A DNA stretch of 64,000 nt, from assembly GCA_964517685.1 (NCBI GenBank), contig CAZFCF010000001.1, positions 345,458-409,457 on the forward strand, given 5' to 3'. A model generated the notes under the pieces. That model was not told where the DNA came from. It did no database searches and saw only the letters and a program-made list of their open reading frames with translations. Below, in pieces: positions 36,546 through 45,189 of the stretch (positions are counted from its first letter, which is position 1; each line of letters opens with the position of its first letter). This DNA comes from an uncultured Gammaproteobacteria bacterium (GTDB lineage Bacteria > Cyanobacteriota > Vampirovibrionia > LMEP-6097). Position numbers and translations under genes: made by a program.

Positions 36546-37271
36546 ATGGCAACAATAACCATCAAAAAAAATAAAAACGGCACCTTCTTAGACTTAAGTA
36601 AGGAGGACTTTTGTTCCCGTGATTTTTTTGCAGGATTTTCTGACTTTACAAATCAAGTATCAACATTCCTTTCTGGCACTTCAGTTTCTCTAATAGTTCC
36701 CAATGAATTAAAGAGAGAAGAGACTGAAAATTTAAATGTCATCAAACAACTTAAGGAAGAATTGAATAGAAGAAATATTTCTCTCAAGGCAATAGTCAGT
36801 GAGCTAGAGAATGCAAGCGTTGATGACGAGAGCGCTTTAAAGACTAAGGTAAAAAAAATTACTAAAGCTAAAAAAGAAAAAATAGAAGAACAAGTTTCAG
36901 AAAAAGAAATAATCGATACCAGTTCTTTACCTGAAACTTTATATATCAAAAATAATCTTCGCTCAGGTCAGCTCATTAAATATCCAGGAAATGTTTTTGT
37001 ACTTGGAGATGTAAATCCCTCTGCAGAAATTTTTGCTGATGGTGATGTAATCATTTGGGGTACTTTAAGAGGAATCGTTCACGCAGGCGTTGCTGGGGAT
37101 GCTAATGCCAAAGTGATTGCGATGGACATTAAAGCAGGTCAGATCAGAATTGCTAATAAATTAGCTTCATTAAACAAAAAAAGCTCTCAATTAAAATTTA
37201 ATAACGGAAATAAAATCCCATTAGTTGCAAAAATCGAGAATAATGAGATAATAATCACAAGGTATTTTTAA
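36546..37271 (+). CDS. minC: Septum site-determining protein MinC
   Basis: LRSGQLI, GDVNPSAEI, WGTLRGIVHAG. Confidence 0.93.
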   Translation: MATITIKKNKNGTFLDLSKEDFCSRDFFAGFSDFTNQVSTFLSGTSVSLIVPNELKREETENLNVIKQLKEELNRRNISLKAIVSELENASVDDESALKTKVKKITKAKKEKIEEQVSEKEIIDTSSLPETLYIKNNLRSGQLIKYPGNVFVLGDVNPSAEIFADGDVIIWGTLRGIVHAGVAGDANAKVIAMDIKAGQIRIANKLASLNKKSSQLKFNNGNKIPLVAKIENNEIIITRYF

Positions 37272-37273
37272 AT

Positions 37274-38074
37274 ATGGCAGACGGTAAAGTAATAGTAATC
37301 ACATCAGGCAAAGGAGGAGTAGGAAAAACTACTACCACCGCTAATATTGGAGCTGCTTTGGCAAGCTTAGGTAAAACAGTCTGCGTTATGGACATGGATA
37401 TCGGTTTAAGAAACCTTGATATTCTTATGGGTCTTGAAAATAGAGTTGTTTATAACTTAGTTGAAGTTGTAGAAGGCACTTGCACACTCAAACAAGCTTT
37501 AGTAAAAGACAAAAAAATGCCAAATCTTTGTTTGCTACCAGCAGCGCAAACTAGAGACAAAACTGCAGTTAACTCAGATCAAATAAAAGCTTTAGTAGAA
37601 GAAATCAAAACAGTTTTTGATTTTGTTTTAGTTGATTGCCCAGCAGGTATTGAATCTGGTTTCCAGAACAGCATTGCTGGAGCAGATCAAGCAGTAGTAG
37701 TAGTAACTCCTGAAATGTCGTCAGTAAGAGATGCTGACAGGATTGTAGGATTGCTTGAAGCAAGAAGAGATCAATTTGCAGCTATTAATTTAATTGTAAA
37801 TAGAGTTAAACCAGGTCTTATAGAAGCTAATCAAATGATGAGCGTCGATGATATCTGTGAAATCCTTTCAATCGATCTTATTGGCGTGGTTCCTGATGAT
37901 GAAGACATCATTATTTCTACTAACAAAGGAGAGCCGCTTTCTCTTACTACCAATAAGTCAGCAGGACAAGCTTACAGAAACATAGCGAAAAGATTACTCG
38001 GTGAGGAAGTACCTTTTATGGAACTGAATAAAAGACTTAACATCATTAATAAAATAAAGGCGATATTTGCTTAA
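37274..38074 (+). CDS. minD: Septum site-determining ATPase MinD
   Basis: SGKGGVGKTT, DIGLRNLD, DCPAGIE. Confidence 0.97.
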   Translation: MADGKVIVITSGKGGVGKTTTTANIGAALASLGKTVCVMDMDIGLRNLDILMGLENRVVYNLVEVVEGTCTLKQALVKDKKMPNLCLLPAAQTRDKTAVNSDQIKALVEEIKTVFDFVLVDCPAGIESGFQNSIAGADQAVVVVTPEMSSVRDADRIVGLLEARRDQFAAINLIVNRVKPGLIEANQMMSVDDICEILSIDLIGVVPDDEDIIISTNKGEPLSLTTNKSAGQAYRNIAKRLLGEEVPFMELNKRLNIINKIKAIFA

Positions 38075-38086
38075 AGGATTATTGAT

Positions 38087-38434
38087 ATGAGAAATATTTT
38101 TCGTTGGCTTTTAGGAATTAAACATGATGGTAGCGGGGTTACAGCTTCTAATCGCATGAAGACAATGCTGGTCAATGATCGTTATCAATTACCACAGGGT
38201 GTTATTGAACAACTTAAGCAAGATTTTCTTTCTGTAGCAGCAAGATATTTTGATGTCGACCTTGATTCATCTGAGTGTGTGATAAAATCACTCGGTGACC
38301 GCAAAGCGTTCATTTCAGCCACAGTACCACTTTTAGGTAGAGGTATCCCAAAAGATGCAAACACAACAGGAAAACACAACTCGTCAAAAGCTTCAAGAAG
38401 AAATAGCGGCAATTTTTCGTCTACCGCTTCCTGA
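38087..38434 (+). CDS. minE: Cell division topological specificity factor MinE
   Basis: ASNRMKTMLVNDR; follows minD. Confidence 0.88.
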   Translation: MRNIFRWLLGIKHDGSGVTASNRMKTMLVNDRYQLPQGVIEQLKQDFLSVAARYFDVDLDSSECVIKSLGDRKAFISATVPLLGRGIPKDANTTGKHNSSKASRRNSGNFSSTAS

Positions 38435-39317
38435 ACTAATTTTTAAAGCACAGCTTATTCATAGAGAATTTCATGACCCGAATGAGATTCAATTCTGCAC
38501 CCTGAGTAGTATCAAGACTGGCGCTTGTCCAGAGGATTGTGGCTACTGCTCACAATCAGCCCGCTATAAGACAGGACTCCAGTATGAGCCGTTAATTTCT
38601 GAAGAGCAAATGCTAAAAGAAGCCAGAGAAGCGCAAGCAAATGGCTCGACGAGATTTTGTATGGGAGCCGCTTGGCGTGAGATTCCTGATGGACCAGATT
38701 TTGATCGCGTGGTTAATGTGGTCTCTGAAGTTAAAGCTATGGGCATGGAGCCTTGTGTGACTCTTGGTATGTTAACTTCAGAGCAAGCTCTACGCTTAAA
38801 AGCTGCCGGACTACATAGTTACAATCACAATATAGACACTTCTGAAGAGCATTATTCTAAGATCATCTCTACTAGAACTTTTCAAGATCGTTTAGATACT
38901 ATTAGCCATGTGCAAGAAGCAGGCATTAATGTTTGTTGTGGTGGAATTTTGGGGCTCGGAGAAAGTTTTGAAGATAGAGTTAGCTTTGTAGCTAGCCTTG
39001 CAGCAATGGACCCACAGCCTAGCTCAGTGCCAATCAATGTCCTAGTGCCGATTGCAGGGACTCCGCTTGAAGAGGCTGAGCCTATAGATAAATTTGATTT
39101 AGTGCGCACTGTAGCTGTTGCCCGCATTATGATCCCGCGTGCGCGCATTAGATTATCAGCAGGCAGGTTAACTATGAGCGAAGAACTGCAAGCAATGTGC
39201 TTTATAGCTGGAGCTAATAGTATCCACACTGGAGATAAACTTCTTACAACTCCACTTGCCGGCAAATCGAAAGACCATGAGCTGGTTGAGAAACTTGGCA
39301 TGAAGGTTGCAAGGTAG
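38355..39317 (+). CDS. bioB: Biotin synthase
   Basis: CPEDCGYCSQS, YNHNIDT, IRLSAGR. Confidence 0.96.
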   Translation: MQTQQENTTRQKLQEEIAAIFRLPLPELIFKAQLIHREFHDPNEIQFCTLSSIKTGACPEDCGYCSQSARYKTGLQYEPLISEEQMLKEAREAQANGSTRFCMGAAWREIPDGPDFDRVVNVVSEVKAMGMEPCVTLGMLTSEQALRLKAAGLHSYNHNIDTSEEHYSKIISTRTFQDRLDTISHVQEAGINVCCGGILGLGESFEDRVSFVASLAAMDPQPSSVPINVLVPIAGTPLEEAEPIDKFDLVRTVAVARIMIPRARIRLSAGRLTMSEELQAMCFIAGANSIHTGDKLLTTPLAGKSKDHELVEKLGMKVAR

Positions 39318-39330
39318 TTTTTATATCAAA

Positions 39331-40353
39331 TTACGCGAAGCTGTAATATTCTGCTAGATTATAGTCTTTTTGAATCTTAGTAAAATCTATAAATTTGCGA
39401 CTTTGTTCGTAATTCTCAGCAGCTTCTTTAGTTGGAAGTTCACAGACATTAGCAGATTTACTAAACTTCTCTACTGTAAAAGCTTCTTGAATAGCTGCTT
39501 TGATACCTGATGTCTTACTGTTTTCTGTAATTGATTTAAAGAACCTAAATTGCCTCAAGAGATTCTCTAATTTATAAATTTCTACTTCAAGATCATGTTG
39601 TTGTTTTTCATTTGGTACTTCATAATTTATTTTACTGCGCTCTTCATAACAACTCCCTAATTGGTAATCTATTAAATAAGCTAATTGACCTAGCCTTTTA
39701 TTTATGAGAGACCCTAAATCATTTTCATTTTCTCTTAGAAGTTTACTTTTATTAGATTGAACAATGTTTTTTAATTCTTTTGCAGCCTTATCACTTTTTT
39801 CTTTCAAAAGATTTTGCAAAGCCGAGAACAATATTCTTTCACGTAAATCTATAGTCACTTTATTTGGACTATGTAGAGAACCAAAGAACCTTGTGAGCAT
39901 AGGTATTCTTTGATTAGCTAAAGCTAAATTTAGATGTGTTTTAACATCCAGTTCCCCATCCAAAAATTTTCTCTCAGGTGCATTTGAATTAATCACTGGT
40001 CTAGATTCAGCTCTATCAACAGCTTTTGCAGAACCTTGTTCTAAATTAGAAACTTCTCCCAGAAGTTTAGGTCGTATAGACTTCCATTGTTGATACAAAG
40101 ACTTGAGTTCTTGTCTTAAATTTCTAAAGAAACCAGGTTGCTTAATTAAGTCAAACTGGTTGTTTATAGTTTTGATGAACGTAGGTAATTTGTGTTGCTC
40201 TTCTGAACTTAATGTCCTTAACTCACCTCTCTTGTAGCCAGAGAATATCTTTTGAGCATTAGGAATAGTCATTCTTTGCAAACTGTCTAGTTCCTTTAAT
40301 CCTCCATAAACAAAGTTAAGGGCATGGGTTATTTGGGTAGTAGTGTGGACCAT
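39331..40353 (-). CDS. Hypothetical helical protein
   Basis: 340-aa ORF with no recognised motif. Confidence 0.7.
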   Translation of the reverse strand: MVHTTTQITHALNFVYGGLKELDSLQRMTIPNAQKIFSGYKRGELRTLSSEEQHKLPTFIKTINNQFDLIKQPGFFRNLRQELKSLYQQWKSIRPKLLGEVSNLEQGSAKAVDRAESRPVINSNAPERKFLDGELDVKTHLNLALANQRIPMLTRFFGSLHSPNKVTIDLRERILFSALQNLLKEKSDKAAKELKNIVQSNKSKLLRENENDLGSLINKRLGQLAYLIDYQLGSCYEERSKINYEVPNEKQQHDLEVEIYKLENLLRQFRFFKSITENSKTSGIKAAIQEAFTVEKFSKSANVCELPTKEAAENYEQSRKFIDFTKIQKDYNLAEYYSFA

Positions 40354-40409
40354 TCAGAAATATTATCTAAAAACAATTAGGTTGTCAATATCTCTTCAAT
40401 AGCATCCAT

Positions 40410-40476
40410 AAAAAGTTTCGATTATAATCGAAACTTTTTGATATTTTAGGAAAGTTTAGATTATAGTCTAAACTTT
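40410..40476. promoter_or_regulatory. Two tandem related palindromes (putative operators)
   Basis: Perfect 30-bp aaaaagtttcgattataatcgaaacttttt (40410-40439) and near-perfect aaagtttagattatagtctaaacttt (40451-40476). Confidence 0.65.
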
Positions 40477-40491
40477 TAATAACTAAACATT

Positions 40492-41499
40492 ATGGACAAA
40501 TCAATCATAGTAATTTGCGGTGGACTTTCAGAAGAAAGAGAAGTTTCATTAAGATCTGGAGCAAATGTTCATAGTGCCTTACAGAGACTAGGTTACGCTA
40601 ATGCTGAGTTATTTGATTTCAAAGATTATAATTCACTTTCTGATCTAGTTGAAAAAAAACGCCAAGGAAAATTTGATCAAGCTTTCTTACTTACTCATGG
40701 TACTTATGGTGAAGATGGTTGTATTCAAGGTTTTATGGAATTACTGGGTGTACCGTATACCGGTTCAAAGGTTGAAACTAGCGCTATTTGCATGAATAAG
40801 ACTCGTACTAAAGAAATTCTTAGTGCGCATAATTTACCAATATTAAAAACTTATTTAGCTAAAGAAGTATATGAAGGTTCGACTGATCTAGATGCCAATA
40901 CGGAAATAATCCTCAAACCTAGTGTCGGCGGTTCTAGTGTCGGCATTACCAAATTCAATTCTCAAGCTGAATTCAAGAATTTTATAGATGCAAATATTCA
41001 AGTTAAAAATGAAATTGAAAAATATTTCATTGAGAAATTTATTCGTGGTACTGAAGTAACTACAAGTATTATTGAAGCAAACTTGGAGATGATCACAGAG
41101 AATAAGAATCATTGTAAGGCTTTGCAAAGAACTGGATCCTTACGCTTCGCTCAGGATGACGGGACTATAGTTTCATTACCTATATTAGAATTACGTCCTA
41201 AAAACGAATTCTACGATTATGAAGCTAAATATACTAAGGGCATGACTGAGTTTGTTTTGCCTGCGGAGATAAGCACAGAACTAGAAGAAGCAATTCATAC
41301 CTATGCCCTGGAAGCCTTTCATCAATTAGATTGTAAGGGTGCAGCTAGAGTTGATTTTATTATCGATGGTAAAACTAATAAGCCTTATATTCTTGAAGTT
41401 AATACTTTACCTGGCATGACTGATACAAGTGATTTACCTGCGCAAGCTAAAGCGGCAGGGATTAGTTACGATGAGCTGGTGAGAATTATTCTTTCTTAG
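40492..41499 (+). CDS. ddl: D-alanine--D-alanine ligase
   Basis: GGLSEEREVS, HGTYGEDG, GSSVG, YDYEAKY, LEVNTLPGMT. Confidence 0.97.
   Translation: MDKSIIVICGGLSEEREVSLRSGANVHSALQRLGYANAELFDFKDYNSLSDLVEKKRQGKFDQAFLLTHGTYGEDGCIQGFMELLGVPYTGSKVETSAICMNKTRTKEILSAHNLPILKTYLAKEVYEGSTDLDANTEIILKPSVGGSSVGITKFNSQAEFKNFIDANIQVKNEIEKYFIEKFIRGTEVTTSIIEANLEMITENKNHCKALQRTGSLRFAQDDGTIVSLPILELRPKNEFYDYEAKYTKGMTEFVLPAEISTELEEAIHTYALEAFHQLDCKGAARVDFIIDGKTNKPYILEVNTLPGMTDTSDLPAQAKAAGISYDELVRIILS
41131..41160. repeat. Family A single unit, in frame within ddl
   Basis: actggatccttacgcttcgctcaggatgac encodes TGSLRFAQDD; 26 bp identical to 32079-32104. Confidence 0.85.
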
Positions 41500-42118
41500 T
41501 CTCGGTCTTAAAATTATACTCTTCACCCTTAATCAGGCGGCTAATATTGCCACTATGTTTAATCAGAACTATATAAATAAAAGCAAATATACCAAAGCAA
41601 ATCACTGGCAGAGTTTCACCAAAGAGCCAGAGCCAAATAGGAACTAAGGGCACACAAACTATAGAACCTAAAGAAGAGAAACCTGAGAGCTTAACTGTAG
41701 TAACCCAAATTACAAGAGTGATCAAAGCCACTATTGGATTCAGTGCTAGCAAAACACCCAAACCCGTTGCTGAAGATTTACCACCTTTAAAACCAATAAA
41801 AATACTTTTACTATGAGCAATAATCGGCACAAGAGATAGCGCAAGAAACAACCATTGCAAATCTCCTGGGAAAAGTCCTGAATAATTCTTAGCCCAGAAC
41901 ACTGGCAGAAAGCCTTTGAGCACATCTACAAGTAGAACCACAAATGCTTGCCATTTACCTACTAGACGTAAAACATTAGTAGCACCAGTACTGCCGCTGC
42001 CTTCTTTAGTTAGATCTATACCAAAAGCTTTACCCATCCAATAGCCACTTGGAATAGCTGCCACTAAATAAGTAAAACTGAAAAGTAAAATATAACTAGT
42101 TAGATTCTGGAAATTCAT
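41486..42118 (-). CDS. plsY: Glycerol-3-phosphate acyltransferase
   Basis: GSGSTGATNVLR, DVLKG, FKGGKSSAT, HSGNISRL. Confidence 0.95.
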   Translation of the reverse strand: MNFQNLTSYILLFSFTYLVAAIPSGYWMGKAFGIDLTKEGSGSTGATNVLRLVGKWQAFVVLLVDVLKGFLPVFWAKNYSGLFPGDLQWLFLALSLVPIIAHSKSIFIGFKGGKSSATGLGVLLALNPIVALITLVIWVTTVKLSGFSSLGSIVCVPLVPIWLWLFGETLPVICFGIFAFIYIVLIKHSGNISRLIKGEEYNFKTETKKE

Positions 42119-42449
42119 AATGAAGAGTTTTAGTGGTCATTAAAAAGTAATTCTTAGCTTCGAGATTCTTGGGATTTAATTTTATGGCTTCATCCAAAAG
42201 CTCTTTGGCTTCTCTATATCTTTGATGTTTATCAATCTTAAGATCGGAAAGTTTATATAAAGCAAATTCCTGATGTACTTCAGAATTATAATTCTTAGCT
42301 CTAGTTGTTTTATATTGGTTTAAAACTTCAATGGCTTTTTCATAACGCTTTTCTTTAACTAAATTCTTAGCCTCACCCAGGTCTTCAAAGACCCCGCAGG
42401 CAGTAACCAGAAACAAAGTCAAAAATGCTGTTATGATTTTTTTAAGCAC
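42096..42449 (-). CDS. TPR-like lipoprotein
   Basis: Lipobox VTAC; AIKLNPKN. Confidence 0.7.
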   Translation of the reverse strand: MLKKIITAFLTLFLVTACGVFEDLGEAKNLVKEKRYEKAIEVLNQYKTTRAKNYNSEVHQEFALYKLSDLKIDKHQRYREAKELLDEAIKLNPKNLEAKNYFLMTTKTLHYEFPESN

Positions 42450-42478
42450 AAAGATAATGATAGAACATTAAGCCAATC

Positions 42479-43501
42479 ATGGATAGAGCCGCCCACAAAG
42501 CCATAAAAATAAGCCTTTCAGCAAAGATTTCATTACTGATTTTAGTAACGCTTTATTCAATAATGCTACTTAGTGATTTTATTGCACCATATGATCCGCT
42601 TTATCAAAATCCCGAAGCTGGCTATGCTAGTCCCACAAAAATTCATTTAAATAAAAATGGCTTCTATATTTATCCACAGAAATTTTTAATTGATGAGCAA
42701 AGTTACCAAAAACAAAATATCGAAGTTGATGAGAAGCTTGGTGGCAAAAAATACTATTTAAAATTTTTCCAAGAGGGCAAACTATTTAGCGTAGAAAAAC
42801 CAGCTCATATTTATATTTTAGGAACAGATAGAATTGGCAGAGATTTATTTTCACGTTTGGTACATGGCAGTAAACCAAGCTTACTCATTGGTTTTCTGGG
42901 CATACTTATAGCCTTTCCCATTGGCGCAATCTATGGTGGTATCTCTGGCTACTTGGGTGGACCTGTAGACAATATAATGATGCGTCTTGCCGAGGCGATT
43001 ATGTCCTTGCCAACTTTTTATCTACTAATAATTCTTTCAGCGATGTTACCTGCTAGTTTGGATAACTTCCAAAGGTTCTCTTTGATCACAGTGATTCTCT
43101 CTTTTGTATCTTGGGCTGGACTTTCAAGAATCATCAGAGGCCAAGTGCTTTCAATTAAATCCAAGGAATTTATAGATTCAGCCAAAACTATTGGACAAAA
43201 GGATTACGCAATAATTCTCAAACATCTCATACCGCATACCTTTAGTTTCTTAGTTATTGCCATGACTTTAAGCGTGCCGGGTTTTATCATCGGTGAGTCA
43301 GCACTAAGCTTCTTAGGTTTAGGCATTAATCAACCTGATCCCAGCTGGGGCAATATACTTTCTGAAGGTAAGGATCTGAGTAATATTCTTACAAGACCTT
43401 GGCTCATTTTTATTCCTACTACATTGATCTTTGCTGCGGTGTTTAGTTTTAATATACTTGGGGATTATTTGAGAGATTTGTTGGATCCGAAGAGTCAGTA
43501 A
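42479..43501 (+). CDS. Peptide ABC transporter permease (OppC/DppC family)
   Basis: LGTDRIGRDLFSR, ESALSFLGLG, PSWG. Confidence 0.92.
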   Translation: MDRAAHKAIKISLSAKISLLILVTLYSIMLLSDFIAPYDPLYQNPEAGYASPTKIHLNKNGFYIYPQKFLIDEQSYQKQNIEVDEKLGGKKYYLKFFQEGKLFSVEKPAHIYILGTDRIGRDLFSRLVHGSKPSLLIGFLGILIAFPIGAIYGGISGYLGGPVDNIMMRLAEAIMSLPTFYLLIILSAMLPASLDNFQRFSLITVILSFVSWAGLSRIIRGQVLSIKSKEFIDSAKTIGQKDYAIILKHLIPHTFSFLVIAMTLSVPGFIIGESALSFLGLGINQPDPSWGNILSEGKDLSNILTRPWLIFIPTTLIFAAVFSFNILGDYLRDLLDPKSQ

Positions 43502-43504
43502 TAG

Positions 43505-43608
43505 CAAATGCCGTCATCGCGAGCCAGCGAAGCTGGCGTGGCGATCCAGTCTGCCACAAGCTTTAATCAGTTCTGGATCCCTACGTCGCTTCGCTCCTCA
43601 GGATGACG
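43505..43608. repeat. Family A inverted doublet between convergent genes
   Basis: caaatgccgtcatcgcgagccagcgaagctggcgtggcgatccag...ctggatccctacgtcgcttcgctcctcaggatgacg. Confidence 0.9.
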
Positions 43609-43610
43609 AC

Positions 43611-44411
43611 TTACAAATTCACAGTCTTCTGCCCAGTAAGGTCTCTGAGCAAAGTCTCATGGGCGCCGTTTTCTTTCATATGCTTGAGAAAACTATTGCG
43701 CAGAATTGACGGAGAAACTCTTTTAGTAAGTCCAGATTTCTTAGCTGCATCTCTAATCAAACGAAAGATTTCGCGCTCTGAAACTCCTTCACCACGGCGA
43801 TTAAGTATAAGCTTAGAGTTAATACCCAGATTATTGTTTTTAATATGCTCTTGAATATAGCTTGCAAGTAGCTGATTGAAGGGGATTATGCGTTCTTTAA
43901 ATTTATTAGATCTTGGAATAGTAATTAATTGTGACTCTAAATCAATATCTGTAATAGTCAGCTTAACTAGTTCACCAACTCTGATTCCAGTAGCATAAAT
44001 TAACTCCAAAACAATTTTACTTTTTAGATCATGCTCTTCATAATCAAGCAAAATTACAATTTCATCTTCAGAAAGAAAAGTACAAGTCTTGTTACGGTAT
44101 TGAGAATCTCTTTGGATTTGCATAAAAGGATCTCTACTAACTAAACCCTTCTCTCTGAGCCAAATCCAAAAACCATGCATTGCCGTTAATTTACGATTGA
44201 CAGCAGCTGTAGATTTACCCTGCTCTTCGATATAAGCTCTAAATTTATTTAGGATCTCAGAATTTAAATTAGTAAGTAGAAAATTTACATCAAGCTTGTT
44301 AACACAAAAATTATAAAAATCCATTAAATCGCGGCGATAAAGTCTAAGAGAATTAAAACTAAAAATCTTATTTTCTTCGATATAATTTATGTATTCTCCT
44401 AAAAGCTCCAT
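43611..44411 (-). CDS. XerC/XerD-like tyrosine recombinase with a degenerate active site
   Basis: YRRDL, LIYATGIRVGEL, KERIIP; SPSILRNSF in place of HxxRH; ends LTGQKTVNL with no Tyr nucleophile. Confidence 0.85.
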   Translation of the reverse strand: MELLGEYINYIEENKIFSFNSLRLYRRDLMDFYNFCVNKLDVNFLLTNLNSEILNKFRAYIEEQGKSTAAVNRKLTAMHGFWIWLREKGLVSRDPFMQIQRDSQYRNKTCTFLSEDEIVILLDYEEHDLKSKIVLELIYATGIRVGELVKLTITDIDLESQLITIPRSNKFKERIIPFNQLLASYIQEHIKNNNLGINSKLILNRRGEGVSEREIFRLIRDAAKKSGLTKRVSPSILRNSFLKHMKENGAHETLLRDLTGQKTVNL

Positions 44412-44463
44412 AGCAATTCAGTATTAAAGGATTATAGCCCAACAAGCGCAAGCTTGTCTTTAG

Positions 44464-45189
44464 ATGATGAACAAAAAAACAATGCCACAAAAACTTCTTG
44501 CAATAGTGCCCGCTGCCGGCACTGGCAGCCGCATGAATAGTGATACGCCAAAACAATTTATTGAGATCAATGGCAAACCAATTCTCATCATTACTCTTGA
44601 AACCCTTATAAACACTGGATTTTTCGAGAAAATTATCATCCCTACAATTGATATAAATTACAGCAAAGAAATCATTCACAAGTTTCTAGCAGAGCATGAA
44701 AATTCCTTAATAGTATGCAGTGGTGGTAAAACGCGTCAAGAAAGCGTTTACAAGGCTTTACAAGAAGCAAAGAAATTTGCTATTGAAACTCAGCTGACTT
44801 TGGTGCACGATGCTGCGCGAGCATTAATTGATCAAGAAACAATCACTAATGTAATCGATAAAGCTATAGAAACTGGCGCTGCAAGCGCTGCAAGGCCAGT
44901 AACAGATACTCTAAAACTTAGTCGTTTGCAAAATTCAGACTTTATAATCGAAAAAAATATCTCTCGCGAAAATCTTTGGACAATGCAAACACCACAAGTT
45001 TTCAAATCATCTCTTTTGTATGAGGCACATCAAAAAGCTCATGAAGAAAATTTCTCAGGAACAGATTGTTGTGCACTTGTAGAAAATCTCGGACAAGAAA
45101 TTTATTTAGTAGAAAGCCCTTTGACTAATATCAAAATTACAACCCAAGAGGATATTAGTTTTGCGAAGGTCGTATTTTATCAAGGTTAG
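44464..45189 (+). CDS. ispD: 2-C-methyl-D-erythritol 4-phosphate cytidylyltransferase
   Basis: PAAGTGSRM, PKQF, VHDAAR, QTPQVF, NIKITT. Confidence 0.95.
   Translation: MMNKKTMPQKLLAIVPAAGTGSRMNSDTPKQFIEINGKPILIITLETLINTGFFEKIIIPTIDINYSKEIIHKFLAEHENSLIVCSGGKTRQESVYKALQEAKKFAIETQLTLVHDAARALIDQETITNVIDKAIETGAASAARPVTDTLKLSRLQNSDFIIEKNISRENLWTMQTPQVFKSSLLYEAHQKAHEENFSGTDCCALVENLGQEIYLVESPLTNIKITTQEDISFAKVVFYQG

Noticed and set aside
43603-43854. Short antisense or nested ORFs in the track (e.g. 2513, 8108, 18937, 38882, 43603, 44368, 49348, 56435)
   Set aside because: They overlap well-supported genes on the opposite strand or in another frame and have no motifs; treated as shadow ORFs.
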